Assembly: GCA_038205425.1 (NCBI GenBank)
Contig: JBBRBW010000004.1
Coordinates: 18,681-82,680 of the forward strand
Reading direction: 5' to 3'
DNA from: Burkholderiales bacterium
Lineage (GTDB): Bacteria; Pseudomonadota; Gammaproteobacteria; Burkholderiales; Burkholderiaceae_C
DNA: 64,000 nucleotides
The notes below the pieces were generated by a model, which saw only the letters and a program-made list of their open reading frames with translations, was not told where the DNA came from and searched no databases. Within the stretch, counting starts at the first letter, position 1. Each line of letters opens with the position of its first letter. Below are positions 50,279 to 61,500 of this stretch, piece after piece. The position numbers and the translations under genes are program-made.

Positions 50279-51133
50279 ATGAAGTTTCAAGGCTCAGACC
50301 AGTACGTCGCCACCCCCGACCTGATGCTCGCCGTGAACGCCGCGGTGACGCTCAAGCGCCCGCTGCTGGTCAAGGGCGAGCCCGGCACCGGCAAGACCAT
50401 GCTCGCCGAGGAAGTGGCCACCGCGCTGGGCCTGCCGCTGCTGCAGTGGCACATCAAGAGCACCACCAAGGCCCAGCAGGGCCTGTACGAGTACGACGCG
50501 GTGAGCCGCCTGCGCGACAGCCAGATCGCCACCGCCGAGAGCTCGGCCAAGGTCAAGGACATCGCCAACTACATCGTCAAGGGCGTGCTGTGGCAGGCCT
50601 TCACCGCCGAGCAGCCGGTGGCGCTGCTCATCGACGAGATCGACAAGGCCGACATCGAGTTTCCGAACGACCTGCTGCGCGAGATCGACCGCATGGAGTT
50701 CTACGTCTACGAGACGCGTGAACTCGTGAAGGCCAGGCACCGGCCCATCGTCTTCATCACCAGCAACAACGAGAAGGAGCTGCCGGATGCATTCCTGCGC
50801 CGGTGCTTCTTCCACTACATCAAGTTCCCCGACGCCGACACCATGCGCGCCATCGTCGACGTGCACTTCCCCGGCCTGAAGAAGGAACTGCTGGCCGCCG
50901 CGCTGAAGACCTTCTACGACGTGCGCAACCTGCCCGGCGTGAAGAAAAAACCGTCGACGAGCGAACTGCTCGACTGGCTCAAGCTGCTGGTGGCCGAAGA
51001 CATCCCGCTCGACGCGCTGCAGAGCCAGGACGACAAGGTGGCCATACCGCCGCTGGTCGGCGCGCTGCTGAAGAACGAGCAGGACGTGACGCTGTTCGAG
51101 AAGCTCGTCTTCATGCAGCGTCACAACCGCTGA
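50279..51133 (+). CDS. MoxR-family AAA+ ATPase
   Basis: Walker A GEPGTGKT, LLIDEIDKAD, TSNNEKELPDAFLRRC. Confidence 0.93.
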   Translation: MKFQGSDQYVATPDLMLAVNAAVTLKRPLLVKGEPGTGKTMLAEEVATALGLPLLQWHIKSTTKAQQGLYEYDAVSRLRDSQIATAESSAKVKDIANYIVKGVLWQAFTAEQPVALLIDEIDKADIEFPNDLLREIDRMEFYVYETRELVKARHRPIVFITSNNEKELPDAFLRRCFFHYIKFPDADTMRAIVDVHFPGLKKELLAAALKTFYDVRNLPGVKKKPSTSELLDWLKLLVAEDIPLDALQSQDDKVAIPPLVGALLKNEQDVTLFEKLVFMQRHNR

Positions 51134-51140
51134 CATGGGG

Positions 51141-51220
51141 CCCCCAAGCTCGCTGGCGCTCGCTACCCCCCAGGGGGGCCGTCCGCCAGCGGCCCGGCGA
51201 AGCCGGTTCCGCGGCGGGAA
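51141..51220. repeat. REP-like intergenic element
   Basis: CCCCCA..N..CCCCCCAGGGGGG followed by GGCCCGGCGAAGCCGG; related to 53946-53987. Confidence 0.5.
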
Positions 51221-51268
51221 GCTTGTGCGCGTCGTGCCGCTGGGTGCGCGCTTCGGCCGCAGTCGGTG

Positions 51269-51859
51269 ATGGGCTGGCCCGCACCGGTCACGCTCGCCGG
51301 CCCGCACGCGCGGCTGGAACCGCTGTCGGCCCTGCACCACGACGCGCTGTGCGCGGCCGTGCGCGACGGTGAACTCTGGAAGCTCTGGTACACCGCGGTG
51401 CCCGCGCCCGAAGCCATGGCGGCCGAGATCGATCGGCGCCTGGCGCTGCAGGCCGCGGGTTCGATGCTGCCCTTCACGGTGTTCGACAGCGCGCGCCGCG
51501 TGGTCGGCATGACGACCTGCATGCACATCGACGCGACACACCGCCGCGTCGAGATCGGCAGCACATGGACGGCCGCCAGCGCCCAGCGCACGCCGCTGAA
51601 TACGCAGTGCAAGCGCCTGCTGCTGGGCCACGCCTTCGAGGCGCTGGACTGCATCGCGGTCGAGTTCCGTACCCACCGCCTGAACATGCAGAGCCGCCGC
51701 GCCATCGAGAGGCTGGGCGCGCAGCTCGACGGCATCCTGCGCGCACACCAGCGCGGCGCTGACGGCAGCCTGCGCGACACCGCCGTCTACAGCATCACCG
51801 CCGCCGAGTGGCCGGCGGTGCGTTCCCATCTCGACTGGCAACTCGACAAGCTGCGCTGA
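51269..51859 (+). CDS. RimJ/RimL-type GNAT acetyltransferase
   Basis: RVEIGSTW, LLLGHAFE, SRRAIERLGA..DGILR, RDTAVYSI. Confidence 0.88.
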   Translation: MGWPAPVTLAGPHARLEPLSALHHDALCAAVRDGELWKLWYTAVPAPEAMAAEIDRRLALQAAGSMLPFTVFDSARRVVGMTTCMHIDATHRRVEIGSTWTAASAQRTPLNTQCKRLLLGHAFEALDCIAVEFRTHRLNMQSRRAIERLGAQLDGILRAHQRGADGSLRDTAVYSITAAEWPAVRSHLDWQLDKLR

Positions 51860-51882
51860 ACGCGGCGCGCAACGGAGACCCC

Positions 51883-53940
51883 ATGACCAAGAAGAAGAAC
51901 ATCACCGTCGAAGACCTGTGGCAGATCGAACGCCTGGGTGCACCCAGCCTGGCGCCCGACGGCGCGCAGGCGGTGGCCTCGCTGACCCGCTTCTCAATGG
52001 CGGACAACAGCTCGCACTCGTCGCTGTGGCTGCTGTCGACGCTGGGCGGCGCGCCACGCCGACTGACGAGCGGCGGCGACAAGGACGGCCAGCCGCGCTG
52101 GAGCCCACGCGGCGACCTCATCGCCTTCACCGCCAAGCGTGAACAGCAGGGTGTCAAGGACGCCGAGGCGCAGCTCTACGTCATCGCCCCCGACGGCGGC
52201 GAGGCGCGCCGCGCCGCAGAGGTGGCCACCGGCGTCGTTGGCTTTCGCTGGTGCCCCGACGGCAAGCGCCTGATTTTCATCAGCTGGGTCTGGCCCGAGC
52301 TGAAAGGCACCAAGGCCCAGACCAGGAAGATGAAGGCGTTCAAGGAGCGCAAGGAGACGGGTTACGTCACCAGCGAGGCGCAGTACCGTCACTGGGACCA
52401 GAACCTGCCGATGGGCCGTGTGCCACACCTGCACCTGCTGGAACTGGGCCGCGACGGCGAACAGCCGGCCGATGGCAAGGTGCGCGACCTGTTCGAGGGC
52501 ACGGGCTACGAGCTCGGCCGCGCCGACCCCTCGGTCGACCACTTCGACATCTCGCCCGACGGCAAGCGGCTGGTCTTTGCCTTCGACCCCGCGCCCGTCA
52601 AGCGCATCGACGGCCGCTACGCGCTGGCCGAGATGGACCTCAAGACCGGCAAGGTGCAGGTGCTGGTGCAGGACGCCGAATTCGACCTCGGCACGCCGCG
52701 CTACAGCCCCGACGGCGACCGCATCGCTTTCACCGCCAGCCACCAGGCCATCAAGCACACCATGCCCTCGCAACTGGCGGTGTGGGACCGTGACGAGAAC
52801 AGCTGGGACCTCGTCAGCCACGAGTGGGACCACGCGGTGCATGCCCCGCTGCTGTGGGAGGCCGACGGCCAGGCGCTGCTCTTCCCGGCCGAGCAGAAGG
52901 GCCGCACGCACCTGTGGCGCTTCGACCTGCCCGACCGCCGCGCCGAGGTGGTGGTGCACGGCGGCTGGGTCGGCGGCTACGACAAGGCCGCCGGCACGCT
53001 GGTGACGCTGGCCGACAGCTCGCTGCACCCGGCGCGCCTGTATGCCCACCTGCCCGGCGACGCGCCACGCCGCATGGAAGCCTTCAACGACACGCTGCTG
53101 GCCGCGATCGACTTCGGCCGCATCGAGGAGGTCTGGATCAAGGGCGGCAAGGCCGACCCGAAAGCCGCCACCGGCGACGACGTGCAGATGTGGGTGGTCT
53201 ACCCACCAGGCTTCGACGCGAAGAAAAAGTACCCGGTGATGCACAGCATCCACGGCGGGCCGCACACCGGCCCCGGCGACAACTGGCACTACCGCTGGAA
53301 CCTGCAGGTCTTCGCGGCCCAGGGTTACGTGGTGGCCAGCGTCAATTTCCATGGCTCTTCGGGCTTCGGCTACGCCTTCCTCGACAGCATGACCCACCGC
53401 TGGGGTGAACTGGAACTGCAGGACGTCGAGGCCGGCACCGACTGGCTGCTGCAGCACCGCTGGGCCGACCCGAAGCGCGTCTTCGCGGCCGGCGGCAGTT
53501 ACGGCGGCTTCATGGTGGCCTGGATGAACGCCCATGTCGCCGAGGGCCGCTACCAGGCCTATGTCTGCCACGCCGGCTGCTTCGACTGGGTGAGCATGTT
53601 TGCCGACGACGCCTGGAGCTGGCACGCCAAGGAACTGGGCGACTGGTACTGGGACGACATGGCGCGTGTGCACTCGCAGAGCCCGCACGCCCACGCCGCG
53701 ACGATGAGCACACCCACGCTCGTCATCCACGGCGCGCTGGACTACCGCGTGCCCGACGCCCAGGGCCTGGCCTACTACAACACGCTGAAGGCGCGCGGCA
53801 TCGACGCCCGGCTGCTGTGGTTCCCGGACGAAAACCACTGGATCCTGAAGCCACGCAACAGCCGCCTGTGGTTCGAGGAACTCTTCGGCTGGCTGCAGCG
53901 GCACGGCGGCGCCACGGCCCGCGCAGCGCGCCCGCGCTGA
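51883..53940 (+). CDS. S9 family (prolyl oligopeptidase/acylaminoacyl) peptidase
   Basis: PD40-like propeller repeats (WSPRG, SPDG), IHGGP, GGSYGG, DYRV, ENHW. Confidence 0.92.
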   Translation: MTKKKNITVEDLWQIERLGAPSLAPDGAQAVASLTRFSMADNSSHSSLWLLSTLGGAPRRLTSGGDKDGQPRWSPRGDLIAFTAKREQQGVKDAEAQLYVIAPDGGEARRAAEVATGVVGFRWCPDGKRLIFISWVWPELKGTKAQTRKMKAFKERKETGYVTSEAQYRHWDQNLPMGRVPHLHLLELGRDGEQPADGKVRDLFEGTGYELGRADPSVDHFDISPDGKRLVFAFDPAPVKRIDGRYALAEMDLKTGKVQVLVQDAEFDLGTPRYSPDGDRIAFTASHQAIKHTMPSQLAVWDRDENSWDLVSHEWDHAVHAPLLWEADGQALLFPAEQKGRTHLWRFDLPDRRAEVVVHGGWVGGYDKAAGTLVTLADSSLHPARLYAHLPGDAPRRMEAFNDTLLAAIDFGRIEEVWIKGGKADPKAATGDDVQMWVVYPPGFDAKKKYPVMHSIHGGPHTGPGDNWHYRWNLQVFAAQGYVVASVNFHGSSGFGYAFLDSMTHRWGELELQDVEAGTDWLLQHRWADPKRVFAAGGSYGGFMVAWMNAHVAEGRYQAYVCHAGCFDWVSMFADDAWSWHAKELGDWYWDDMARVHSQSPHAHAATMSTPTLVIHGALDYRVPDAQGLAYYNTLKARGIDARLLWFPDENHWILKPRNSRLWFEELFGWLQRHGGATARAARPR

Positions 53941-53945
53941 GAGCG

Positions 53946-53987
53946 CCCCCAGTCCTGTCGCTTCGCGTCAGACGCCCCCGAGGGGGG
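53946..53987. repeat. REP-like intergenic element
   Basis: CCCCCA..CTTCGC..CCCCCGAGGGGGG, similar to 51141-51178. Confidence 0.5.
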
Positions 53988-53997
53988 ACCCCGCCCC

Positions 53998-55191
53998 TCA
54001 GGCCGCCACGGCCTCGCGCTGGCGCGACGACATGCGTGCGCAGTCGCGACCCTCGTCCTTGGCCTGGTACATCGCGGCGTCGGCGCGGCGCAGCAGGGCC
54101 TGCAGCGGCTCCTGCGGGTCGTGTGCAACAGCCAGGCCGATGCTGACGGTGCAGCGCAGCGACGCCGTGCCGACGCAGATCGGCTGCAGGCGCACGGCGC
54201 GCAGCAGCCGATCGGCTGCCTGACGCGCACCGGCCTCGTCGGTGTCGGGCAGCAGCAGGCAGAACTCCTCGCCGCCGACACGCGCCACGTGGTCGACGCC
54301 GCGCATCGCGTCCTGCAACACCCGCGCCAGCGCCACCAGGGCGGCATCGCCCCCGGCATGACCAAAGCGGTCATTGATGGCCTTGAAATGGTCGACGTCG
54401 GCGGCCAGCACGGCAAAGCGGCTGCCATGGCGCCGCAGGCGGTCCTCCTCGAGTTGCAGCGCGCGCTCCAGGCCGCGCCGGTTGAGCAGACCCGTGAGCG
54501 GGTCGCGTTCGGACAGCTGCCGCAGCCCGTTCACCAGGCGCAGCACCACCATGCCACCGAAGCCGACGTTGAGCACAAACACCGCGACCATGAACGCATA
54601 ACCCAGCAGCAGGTTGAAGGGCAGCGGCTCGGCATAGGACCGGCCCGTCAGCTGCCAGCCCGCCACCAGCGAGGCCGCACGCAGCAGCAGCAGCACACCC
54701 AGCAGCAGCATCGGCGCGGCCAGAGCGGCGGCGGCCGCGGCGCCGAACTCCGATTGCAGCGCACGCCGGCCCGGCCAGGCCGCCGCCAGCAGCGTGATAC
54801 CGATGGCCAGCGGCCCCAGCGGCGAGCCGCCGGGCGCCCCGGGCTGGAAATGTTGCTGCAGCACGATCGCCAGCGCGGCAGCGCCGAGCAGGCCGGCCTG
54901 CTGGAGGTCGCGCGGCGGCTGGTGCGAGAAAATCTCCACGCCCCGGCGCAGCAGGCAAAAGCCCGCGATGCCGAGCAGGTTGGCGCCGACGAAGCCGAGC
55001 CAGGGGCTCAACGACGCGGCCTGCGAGCTCAGCGCCAGCGCCACGCCGATGGCGCCCATGCCGGCCGACCAGTGTGCCGCGGCGCGGCGCGACAGCTGCA
55101 TGCCCGCCATGCCCGCCCAGACGGCCGCAAAGAGGCCGAACTGGATCAGCAGGGTGACGATCAGGATCTGGTTGGCAAGCTGGGTACGCAC
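53998..55191 (-). CDS. Membrane-bound diguanylate cyclase
   Basis: Multiple TM helices, DPLTGLLNRR, DVDHFKAINDRFGH, RxxD I-site (RGVD), GGEEF; start approximate. Confidence 0.88.
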   Translation of the reverse strand: MRTQLANQILIVTLLIQFGLFAAVWAGMAGMQLSRRAAAHWSAGMGAIGVALALSSQAASLSPWLGFVGANLLGIAGFCLLRRGVEIFSHQPPRDLQQAGLLGAAALAIVLQQHFQPGAPGGSPLGPLAIGITLLAAAWPGRRALQSEFGAAAAAALAAPMLLLGVLLLLRAASLVAGWQLTGRSYAEPLPFNLLLGYAFMVAVFVLNVGFGGMVVLRLVNGLRQLSERDPLTGLLNRRGLERALQLEEDRLRRHGSRFAVLAADVDHFKAINDRFGHAGGDAALVALARVLQDAMRGVDHVARVGGEEFCLLLPDTDEAGARQAADRLLRAVRLQPICVGTASLRCTVSIGLAVAHDPQEPLQALLRRADAAMYQAKDEGRDCARMSSRQREAVAA

Positions 55192-55385
55192 GGTGTTGCT
55201 GCAGGCGCTTTCTCCTTCTTCGGCAATCCCGCGCCGCAGTAAAGCGGCCAGGGTGAAAAATGCAACGCCAGCGCCGGGCAAGAACACACACCGGCTGCGG
55301 CACGAGCCGCACCCTGGCGCAAGCGCCGCCCGCCGCGGCGAGGCGCCACAATGGCAGGCCGGCCCTCTTGCGGCCGCAAGACGCC

Positions 55386-56570
55386 ATGCTCATCGACTTC
55401 TTCTACACGCTGCGCGCCGCCAAGCTCAAGGTCTCCGTCAAGGAGTACCTGACGCTGCTCGAGGCCCTGCAGGCCGGTGTCATCGACGACGACGGCGGGC
55501 CCACCGTCGACAAGTTCTACTACCTGGCACGCACTTCGCTGGTCAAGGACGAGGCGCACTTCGACAAGTTCGACCGCGCCTTCGCCGCCTACTTCAAGGG
55601 CGTGGAGTTGCTCACCGACTTCACGCAGGACGTGCCGCTGGACTGGTTGCGCAAGACCCTGGAGCTTGAACTCAGCCCCGGGCAGAAGGCCGCGATCGAG
55701 AAGATGGGCTGGGACGAGCTGATGGAAACGCTGAAAAAGCGCTTCAAGGAGCAGAAGGAACGCCACCAGGGTGGCAGCAAGATGATCGGCACCGGCGGCA
55801 CCAGCCCCTTCGGTGCCTACGGTTACAACCCGCAGGGCATACGCATCGGCCAGGACAAGGGCCGCAACAAGAGCGCGGTGAAGGTGTGGGACCAGCGCGC
55901 CTTCAAGGACTACGACGACACCAAGGAACTCGGCACGCGCAACATCAAGGTGGCGCTGCGCCGCCTGCGCCGCTTCGCACGCGAGGGCGCGGCCGACGAA
56001 CTCGACCTCGACGACACGATCCACAGCACAGCCGCCAACGCCGGCATGCTCGACATCAAGATGGTGCCCGAGCGCCACAACAAGGTGAAAGTGCTGCTGC
56101 TGATGGACGTCGGCGGCACGATGGACGAACACATTCACCGCGTCGAGGAACTCTTTTCCGCAACAAAGACCGAATTCAAGCACCTGGAGTTCTATTACTT
56201 CCATAACTGCGTCTACGACTTCATGTGGAAGAACAACAAGCGCCGCTTCAGCGAGAAGCACGCCACCTGGGACGTGATCCGCAAGTACAACAAGGACTAC
56301 AAGTTGATCTTCGTCGGCGACGCCACGATGAGCCCCTACGAGATCCTGCAACCCGGCGGCAGCGTCGAATACAACAACGAGGAGCCGGGCGCTGCCTGGC
56401 TGCAACGGCTGACGAATGCCTTCCCGAAGTTCGCCTGGATCAACCCCGAGCCACAAGGCGTGTGGCAGTACCGCCAGAGCATCGCCATCGTGCAGCAGTT
56501 GGTGAACCAGCGCATGTTCCCGCTGTCGCTGGCCGGGCTCGAAGGCGCGATGCGTCTGCTCAGCAAATGA
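55386..56570 (+). CDS. VWA-domain protein (CoxE-like partner of MoxR)
   Basis: LLLMDVGGTM MIDAS-like motif, YYFHNC, FVGDATM, WINP. Confidence 0.88.
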   Translation: MLIDFFYTLRAAKLKVSVKEYLTLLEALQAGVIDDDGGPTVDKFYYLARTSLVKDEAHFDKFDRAFAAYFKGVELLTDFTQDVPLDWLRKTLELELSPGQKAAIEKMGWDELMETLKKRFKEQKERHQGGSKMIGTGGTSPFGAYGYNPQGIRIGQDKGRNKSAVKVWDQRAFKDYDDTKELGTRNIKVALRRLRRFAREGAADELDLDDTIHSTAANAGMLDIKMVPERHNKVKVLLLMDVGGTMDEHIHRVEELFSATKTEFKHLEFYYFHNCVYDFMWKNNKRRFSEKHATWDVIRKYNKDYKLIFVGDATMSPYEILQPGGSVEYNNEEPGAAWLQRLTNAFPKFAWINPEPQGVWQYRQSIAIVQQLVNQRMFPLSLAGLEGAMRLLSK

Positions 56571-58525
56571 GGGCCGGGCGCGGGGTGGCGGCGCTGCTGC
56601 TGGCGCTGTCGGCGTTGTCGGCGTTGGGCCTGGCCGGCTGCGCGGGTCTGGGTGCGGCGACCGTGCCCGCGACGGCGCCTGCGCCGGCCGCAGCGCCGGC
56701 CGCCGCCGCGGCTGCCGCACCGGTGGGCGCCGCCGTCGCCGAAGCGCTGGGCGGCGTGACCACCGCCGCGCCACCCGCCGCCGCGGCCAGTGCCCCGGCA
56801 GGCGCGGCGGGCGTCGACATCCGCATCGAGGCCCCAGACGACCTGCGCGCACTGCTCGAGCGCCACCTCGATGTGGTGCGCCTGGGCCGCCTGACGCGCG
56901 ACGAGGTCGACGACAGCGAGTGGTCGCGCCTCATCGAAGCGACGCCGGCGCAGGTGCGCGACCTGCTGCAGACCGAAGGCTATTTCGCGCCAGAGGTAAC
57001 GCTGGAACGCGAGGCCGGGCGCGAGCCGGGCCAGCGCGACATGGTGACGCTGCGGGTGCAGCCGGGCGAGCGCGTCCGCGTCACCCGCGTCACTCTCGAG
57101 ACCGAGGGTGAACTGGAACGCGCCGCCAGCGCCGGCGACGGCTACGCCAAGGGCGTGCTCGAGCACTGGCGCACCGACTGGCCGCTGGCCGAGGGCAAGG
57201 GCTTCCGCAACCCGGCCTGGAGCGAGGCCAAGGCCTCGGCGCTGGCGCGGCTGCGGGCCGCCGGCTACGCCAACGCCATCTGGGTCGGCACAGGTGCCCA
57301 GGTCGACACCCAGGCCGGCACCGTGCGCCTGTTCCTGGTGGCCGACAGCGGGCCCCTGTTCCGCTACGGCGAACTCGACATTGAGGGCCTGGTGGTGCAC
57401 GACAGCGAGACCGTGATGCACCTGGCCGGCGTGCGCCGCGGCGCGCCCGTGACCGAGGCCATGCTGCTGGACTTCCAGGACCGGCTGCAGAAGTCGGGCC
57501 TGTTCGAAAACGTCAGCGTCACGCTCGACACCGACGCCACGAGCGCCGAGCAGTCGCATGTGCTGGTGCGGCTGCGCGAGGCGCCGCTGCAGGTCTACAC
57601 GGTGGGCGTCGGCGTCAGCGCCAACACCGGGCCGCGGGCCACGCTCGAGCACACCTACCGGCGCGTCTTCGGCTACGCCGCGGCATCACGCAACAAGCTG
57701 GAATGGGGCCAGAAACGCCAGTTCTGGGAAGGCGAGATCAGCACCCACCCCGGCGAAGGCCTCTACCGCAACCTGCTCGGCGGCACGGTCGAGAACCTCG
57801 AGTCCGACTCCGACACCGTGCTTTCGCAACGCGCGCGCCTGGGCCGCACGCAGGACGGCACGCGCATCGAACGCCTGTACTTCGTCGAGGCCGAACGCTC
57901 GCGCCGCACCACCGTGGCCGACGTGCGCAGCAACGCGTTTGCGCTGTCGCTGAACTACCACGGCGTCTGGCGCGAACTCGACAGCGTGGTGCTGCCCACC
58001 GAGGGCTTCACCTTCGCCGGCCAGGGCGGCGTCGGCCGCTCTCACGGCACCGATGCACGCACCGGTACCTTCAGCCGCGCCTACGCCCGCCTGACCGGCT
58101 ACCTGCCGCTGGGGCGCGCTTGGTACGGCCAGGCGCGGCTGGAGGCCGGGCAGGTTTTCCTCGGCTCGGGCATGGTGGTGCCCGATTCACAGAAGTTCCG
58201 CGCCGGTGGCGACGACTCGGTGCGTGGTTACGGCTTCCGCACACTGGGCCCGCTGGTCGGCGGCGTGGTGGGCAGCGGCAACGCGCTTGTCACCGCCAGC
58301 ATCGAGCTGGCGCGGCCGATCAGCGCCACCATGCCCTCGCTGTGGGGCGCGGTTTTCGTCGACGCCGGCAATGCCGCCGACAGCTTCCAGGAGCTCAAGC
58401 CCGCCGTCGGCCTGGGTGTGGGCCTGCGCTGGCGCAGCCCGGTGGGCCCGCTGCGCATCGACTGGGCCTGGGGCCGCGAGACCCGCAAGGGCCGGCTGCA
58501 TTTCAGCGTGGGTATCGCGTTCTGA
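56567..58525 (+). CDS. tamA: Translocation and assembly module outer membrane subunit (Omp85 family)
   Basis: POTRA segments (EGYF, AGYA), AGGDDSVRGY, GLRWRSPVGPLRID, terminal F; upstream of tamB. Confidence 0.88.
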   Translation: MRAGRGVAALLLALSALSALGLAGCAGLGAATVPATAPAPAAAPAAAAAAAPVGAAVAEALGGVTTAAPPAAAASAPAGAAGVDIRIEAPDDLRALLERHLDVVRLGRLTRDEVDDSEWSRLIEATPAQVRDLLQTEGYFAPEVTLEREAGREPGQRDMVTLRVQPGERVRVTRVTLETEGELERAASAGDGYAKGVLEHWRTDWPLAEGKGFRNPAWSEAKASALARLRAAGYANAIWVGTGAQVDTQAGTVRLFLVADSGPLFRYGELDIEGLVVHDSETVMHLAGVRRGAPVTEAMLLDFQDRLQKSGLFENVSVTLDTDATSAEQSHVLVRLREAPLQVYTVGVGVSANTGPRATLEHTYRRVFGYAAASRNKLEWGQKRQFWEGEISTHPGEGLYRNLLGGTVENLESDSDTVLSQRARLGRTQDGTRIERLYFVEAERSRRTTVADVRSNAFALSLNYHGVWRELDSVVLPTEGFTFAGQGGVGRSHGTDARTGTFSRAYARLTGYLPLGRAWYGQARLEAGQVFLGSGMVVPDSQKFRAGGDDSVRGYGFRTLGPLVGGVVGSGNALVTASIELARPISATMPSLWGAVFVDAGNAADSFQELKPAVGLGVGLRWRSPVGPLRIDWAWGRETRKGRLHFSVGIAF

Positions 58526-61500
58526 TGGCAGTTCCCCCGTCACCGTCACCGCCGCCCGCCGCGCCGCTGCTCGCGCCGGCCACGCCCGTGCGCACGGGGC
58601 TGTCGCTGCTGGCGCCGCTGCTCAGCATCGTCGCGCTGCTGCTGCTGCTGGTGCTGGGCACGGCGGGCGGCATGCGCTGGCTGCTGGCCACCGAAACCGG
58701 CACGGCCTGGCTGCTGCGGCAGCTGCCGGCGGTCGAGGTGCGCGGCTTCAGCGGTGCGCTGGTGGGCCCGAGCTGGCGCGCCGAAAGCCTGCGCCTGCCC
58801 TGGGCCGGTGGCACGCAGTGGCTGCTGATCGAGGGCCTGGCCGCCGAAGGGGTGCAGTGGCAATGGCGGCCGCACGCCAACGCCTGGTTGGGCCTGCGCG
58901 CGACGGCGGTGTCGGCGCGCAAGATCACCGTGCACACCGGCCCGCCGGGCGCGGCGGCGCCGCGCCCGCTGGTGCTGCCAGCCGAGTTGCGCCCGCCACT
59001 GCACCTGGCGCTGGACGCGCTGCAGATCGACGAACTGCAGGTCGACGAGATGGCGCCGCTGCGCGCGCTGCGCGTGGCCGGTCTGGTGCTCGACCCGCGG
59101 GCTGGGGCCTTGCACCACATCGACAAGTTCGACCTGCAGGTGCAGGGTGTGCTCATCAACGGCGACATCTCGGTGGCCAACGCCCAGCCCTATGCGCTGA
59201 AGGCGCAAGCCACGCTGCGGCCGGCGCTGGAAGGCGACGCGCCGGCCTGGGCCGCGGTGGTCGGCGCCAAGGGCACGGCGGCCGCCCTGGACATCGAAGC
59301 CACGCTGCGCGGCCGCCCGCAGGGCAAGCTGGCGGCGCCCACGCTCGACCTGCGCGCCAGCCTGCGCCCGCTGCAGGCCTGGCTGCTGGCCAGCCTGCAG
59401 CTGCAGACCGAGGCGCTCGACCTGGCGGCGCTGTCGCCGCGCGCGCCATCGACGCGCCTCAGCGGCCAGGCCACGCTGCAGGGCGGCGACCAGGGCAGCC
59501 CGCTGGTGGTCAAGGTACAGCTCAACAACGCCCAGCCCGGACGCTGGAACGAGGGCCGGCTGCCGGTACGGCAGCTGCTGCTCGAACTGGGCGGCCAGCG
59601 CCAGCAGCGCGACCGGGTCGACCTGACCCGCTTCGAGCTTGCACTGGCCGACGCCGCCGGCGCGGCCGGCCGCTGGACGGGCAACGGCAGCTGGCAGGGC
59701 CACACGCTGACGCTCGACACGCGCATCGAGAAGCTGACGCCGCAGCGCCTGGACGGGCGCGCCGCGGCGATGACGCTCGCCGGCCCGGTGGCGCTGACGC
59801 TGCGCGGCCTGCCGACGCCCGACTTCAGCGGCGCCACGCCGCCGCCGCCCAACCTGAGCTGGAAGCTCGACCTGCAGGGCCAGCTCGACGGCACGCCGCA
59901 GGCGGTGCAGGTGGCGCTGGAAGGCAGCGCCGACGACAACCGGCTGGAGCTCACACGCGCCAGCGCGAAGTCCGGCGGCGCCAGCGCCGAGCTCGTCGCC
60001 AGCATCCAGCGCGCCGGCCGCGGCGACTGGCAGCTCGACACCCGCGGCACGATCAGCGACTTCGACCCCCTGCCGTGGTGGCCGGGTGAAGCCGGCAGTG
60101 CCTGGCGCAAGGGGCCGCACCGCCTCTCGGGCGACTGGAAACTCGACCTGCGTGTGCCCGGCAACGCCGACCGCATGCCGCTGCTGGAACTGGCGCAGCG
60201 CGTGGCCGGCAACGGCACGCTGCGGGTGCAGCGCTCGATGCTGGCCGGTGTGCCGCTGGCGGCCGAGCTCACGCTCGCCTACACGCCGAAGGCCGCGCCG
60301 ATGCCGGCCACGCTGGTGGCCGAGCTGCAGCTGGGCGGCAACCGGCTGCGCCTGGACGGCCGCGGCGACCCCGCCGGCAGCGGCGGCAGCGACCGCTGGC
60401 GCATCGAGCTCGGCGCCGACGCGCTGGCCGCGCTGGCGCCGCTGGCCGCGCTGCACCCGGCGCTAACCGCGTGGGCGCCACGCGGCGGCAGCGTCAGCGC
60501 CACGCTGGCCGCCGACGGCCGCTGGCCCACGATGCGCACCGAGGGCAGTGCACGCCTGACGCAGCTGAAGGCCGGCACGCTGAGCCTGGCGCGCGGCACC
60601 GCGGCCTGGAGCATGGACACCGGCGGCGCGCAGCCGCTGGCGCTCAAGCTCGACCTGATCGACCTCACCCTCGGCGCGCAGCGCGCCGACAACCTGCGCC
60701 TCGACCTGCGCGGCACGCTGGCCGAGCACCAGATCGACGTCTCCGGCGCCATGCCGGTGGTGCCGCCGCCGATGGCCGAACGTCTGCTCGGCATCCAGGT
60801 GCAGTCGGGCACACGCGCGCAGATGCAGGCGCGCGGCCAGTGGCTGCCCAACGCCGCGGCAGCTGGCAAGGCGCCGACGACGTCTGCCGGCGGCGGCCGC
60901 TGGAAGGCGCAGATCGAACGCCTGATCGTCGGCTCGTGGGACGGCAGCAGCGGCACCGCGCCGCCGGCCTCGGGCTGGGTCGAGGCCCACGACCTGCGCG
61001 CCGAATTCGAGTTCGACGCCGCGATGAAGCTCGTTGCGCTGCAGGCGGCGCCCGGCCGCGTGCAGCTGGCCGACGCCGTGGCGCTGCGCTGGGACGCCGT
61101 GGAAGCCGACCTGCGCGGCGCCAAGCCCCAGCTGCGGCTGCGCGCCGACATCGAGTCCTTCAAGCTGGCGCCGCTGCTGGCCCGCCTGCAGCCCGAGATG
61201 GGCTGGCAGGGCGACCTGCGCCTGGCCGCGCGTGTCGACATCCGCGCCGCCGAGAAGATGGACGCCGAGCTCGTGTTCGAGCGTGTCGATGGCGACCTGC
61301 ACGTGGCCGGCCCCGACAGCACGCAGTTGCTGGGTCTGAGCGAATTGCGGCTGGCGGTTTCGGCGCACGACGGGCAGTGGATCTTCACGCCGGCCTTCCG
61401 CGGTCGCAGCCTGGGCGAGCTGTCGGGCCAGGTGCAGGTGCAGAGCACGCCCGAGCAGCGCTGGCCGCAGCCCGACGACAAGGTCTCGGGCCGTGTGCAG

